Source of the DNA: Promethearchaeota archaeon
GTDB taxonomy: Archaea; Asgardarchaeota; Lokiarchaeia; Sigyniarchaeales; SOKP01
Direction of reading: 5' to 3'
NCBI GenBank assembly: GCA_030603385.1
Contig: JAUVXW010000005.1
Span: 64,001 to 128,000 of the forward strand
Length of the DNA stretch: 64,000 nucleotides
Of the stretch, positions 61,536 through 64,000 are shown in pieces. The notes under the pieces were generated by a model. That model made no database searches. It had not been told where the DNA came from and worked only from the letters and a program-made list of their open reading frames with translations. Both the position numbers and the translations under genes were made by a program. Every line of letters begins with the position of its first letter. Positions within the stretch are counted from its first letter, which is position 1.

Positions 61536-61845
61536 TAAAATTTATTTTCTTAATTTTATCTAAATATTATCATACTTATTTTAATTTTGATTTTTCGTCC
61601 CTATTTAATCTATTTCTGGTACAATCTAATTATTAGGGCAATTTGTAAAGTATTTTAAACATTTATTGCAATGTTCATATCTCACACAAAGATTAGAATT
61701 GATACTAATTGGAAATGACGTATCATTCAACTGCTAATTGTCTTAAAGAATCTATTTAAATTATATTAACAAATTACTTTCTTGTAAGCTGCATTGCCGT
61801 CTGCTTTTTACCTATATTGTTTAGAATTCAAATTAATAATATAGG

Positions 61846-62037
61846 TTAATTTTTTAACTTCGCGAAGCAATCTTCACAAAAAAAAATCCTTCGGATTTTA
61901 GTAGCATCCCAAACCATATGACCTGACTTATGCTTCGTTTCACAACCCCAACACAGCTTAAATACTTTAGTATCAACAAAATATTCGTTTGTCGCATTAA
62001 AAGTATCGTCTTTTATTATTTCTTTATAACTTTTCAA
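61846..62037 (-). CDS. Small Zn-finger-like protein
   Basis: CWGC...CEDC. Confidence 0.55.
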   Translation of the reverse strand: MKSYKEIIKDDTFNATNEYFVDTKVFKLCWGCETKHKSGHMVWDATKIRRIFFCEDCFAKLKN

Positions 62038-62243
62038 TTTGTATACATCTCAATTTTATAATGATTTTGAATAGTTATTCATTATTTATAAGCTATATAA
62101 TAAGTATCTACATACCAATTTAAGTATTTTGAATATTTATTCAAAACAAAATCTCAAGCAATTCCAAAAGAAATTAAAACCCTACGCTTATTATTAGACA
62201 AATTCTTTTAATAAGTACATAATAATATAAAAGTTATTTAAAA

Positions 62244-63812
62244 ATGAAATTATCAGTTAAAGAAATCAATTTTGAAACAGGAAATACTAAAAATATTGTT
62301 TTAAACATTAAAGATGCACAAGAATTAGGACAAAAAGCAGGAGAGCGTATATTTATCAAAAATCTGCATTCTAAAACTATAGAAGATAAATTTTGGACAG
62401 CTATTATACAAATAGATTATTCAAGCACAATAGTAAAATCCGGTGAAATTGGGATCTTCTTAGATATATTACGAGAAAAAAAGAGTTTGAAAAATAGCAT
62501 TATGGTATCTGTGAAACCAGCTGATCCACCTGAATCTTTCAAATTTATTCAAAAGAAAATTAAAGGAAATAAGTTGAAAAGTGAGGAAATTAATGCTATT
62601 ATCTCTGATGCAGTTTCAGGGTCATTATCTCGAATTGATCTAGCAGCGTTTATCACAGGAGTCTCTATTATCGGAATGGATAAAGAAGAGATGACAGCAT
62701 TAACCTTAGCAGAAACTAAGAGTGGGGAGATATTTTATTTCGGGATGGATGTCTATGATAAGCACAGTACAGAAATTTACATTTAGTAAGTTTTGCTGAT
62801 TGGTGGCGTCCCAGGGAATAAGGTTTCTCTTATTATTGTTCCAATTGTAGCAGCAGCGGGCCTAACTATTCCAAAATCTTCAACCAGAGCAATAACATCA
62901 CCTTCAGGGACGGCAGATTCAATGGAAGTATTAGCACCAGTTGCATTTAACCCAAATGAACTAAATGAAATCGTGTCTAAAGAAAATGCATGCATAATTT
63001 GGGGTGGAGCGCTTGAAACCGCGCCAGCAGATAATATTTTAATCGAGATTGAACGACCTTTACATATGGATCCAGTAGGCCTTATGATTCCTTCAATACT
63101 CACTAAAAAACTTTCATTAGGTGTTAAAAAACTTGTTCTTGATATCCCTGTTGGAGAAGGCACTAAATTTCCAACTCCCGCTAATGGAAAACAATTTGCT
63201 TATTTATTTAAAGAAATTGCCGCTAATGTAGGAATTGAAGCAGAATGTGCATTAACATTAGCTCATCAACCAATTGGCCATGCTGTAGGACCAGCGATAG
63301 AAGCAAGGGAAGCTTTAAATTTACTAATGGATTATTCTGCTGGACCGAATTCTTTGGTAGAAAAATCTACTGATTTAGCCGGAATTATTCTTGAAATGAG
63401 TGGAAAAGCTCAGAAAGGTATGGGTCAAAGTCTAGCGAAAGATATTCTGCGTTCTGGTAAAGCTTATGAGAAAATGAAAAGAATTATTGATGCTCAAGGT
63501 GGTAATCCTGATATAAAATCTGATGAAATTGAGCTTGGACCATATATGAAAGAATTTTTTGCCGCAAAAGAAGGATATATAGTCGAAGTAAATAACTCAA
63601 TAATAAATCAAATAGCAAAAACAGCTGGATGTCCTAGCTCGAAGAGTTCTGGTGTGGAAATAATAAAAAAACAAGGAGCAAAGGTAAAAGAGGGAGATAT
63701 TGTTTTCAGGATTTATTCTCATAGCCAATCCAAACTAAGAAAAGCAGAAAAAATCTACAATTCTACTGGTGGCCCAATTCGTCTTGGAGGAATGATCATC
63801 GAACGTATTTAA
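62244..63812 (+). CDS. deoA: AMP phosphorylase (thymidine phosphorylase family), split by a 30-nt putative intron; 512 aa when joined
   Basis: Two same-frame ORFs; N-terminal extension, KKIKG, DKHS[insert]GGVPGNK, KSSTRAITSPSGTAD.MEVL, DIPVG.GTK, QPIG.AVGP. Confidence 0.9.
62771..62800 (+). other. Putative bulge-helix-bulge-type mRNA intron (30 nt)
   Basis: CAGT/GCTG 4-bp helix, bulges ACA and ATT, inner 9-bp stem GAAATTTAC/GTAAGTTTT; contains TAG-TAA; removal gives KHSTGGVPGNK. Confidence 0.7.
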
Positions 63813-63872
63813 ATTTTTACAGACATTTCAGCAAAAGTTTATTTTAAAATTTAATTTTTCTAAAATAATTGT

Positions 63873-64000
63873 ATGCCCCTAACCCCAAAAGCAATTTATA
63901 AGGATTTAGTAAATAAGGATCTAGATAAACCATTTGCGATAGAACTGTTGCTAACTCTTATAGATAATGCAGAAAATGTTGAAACACGTATAGAAAGCAT
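63873..64000 (+). CDS. 5' part of a hypothetical (HEAT/LRR-type N-terminus) protein, truncated by the window end
   Basis: MPLTPKAIYKDLVNKDLDKPFAIELLLTLIDNAENVETRIES... open to the edge. Confidence 0.6.
   Translation, partial: MPLTPKAIYKDLVNKDLDKPFAIELLLTLIDNAENVETRIES

Noticed and set aside
61700-61735. Minus-strand TTGAATGATAC...GTATC as a third SECIS
   Set aside because: Shares only the lead-in; lacks the A-rich loop and closing GA, and the upstream ORF has no in-frame UGA.
2857-63163. Short antisense/overlapping ORFs in the track (e.g. 2857, 4173, 6286, 10885, 15050, 33252, 45104, 54710, 62783)
   Set aside because: Shadows of well-supported genes on the opposite strand or frame, without motifs.
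1-64000. CRISPR arrays, rRNA genes, IS elements
   Set aside because: No regularly spaced repeats, no long GC-rich structural RNA and no transposase/integrase ORF seen by eye.

Overview
AT-rich archaeal DNA with GGAGG/GGTGA ribosome-binding sites. Gene content (UGA-containing HdrA/MvhD with a eukaryote-like SECIS, HEAT/LRR proteins, RHH and Zn-ribbon hypotheticals) points to an Asgard archaeon, most likely Lokiarchaeia; this is inference. The window holds metabolic genes (PhnN-like kinase, Fno, LsrF-like aldolase, 2-oxoacid:ferredoxin oxidoreductase, LeuC/D-type aconitase, an MttB/corrinoid/homocysteine methyltransferase cluster, hisS, pyrF, AMP phosphorylase). It also holds a ~17 kb arsenic/sulfur/thiol-redox accessory region between hisS and pyrF. 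Main signals missed by the ORF track: (1) the AMP phosphorylase gene is interrupted inside its KHS[T/I]GGVPGNK motif by a 30-nt, stop-containing insert that folds as a bulge-helix-bulge-like archaeal intron; (2) hdrA and mvhD are intact selenoprotein genes with 3+2 in-frame UGA at conserved Cys sites, followed by one eukaryote-type SECIS; (3) a second, closely similar SECIS-like element lies behind an unannotated ubiquitin/MoaD-like ORF ending Gly-Cys-UGA-UGA next to acr3, a candidate new selenoprotein; (4) an ArsR-linked cluster encodes DGC-domain proteins, a DGC-lipoyl(GcvH) fusion and a stand-alone HdrA N-terminal domain; (5) a TTACA-N3-TGTAA operator regulon surrounds a Cys-rich Lrp regulator. 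No CRISPR array, rRNA or intact mobile element was seen.
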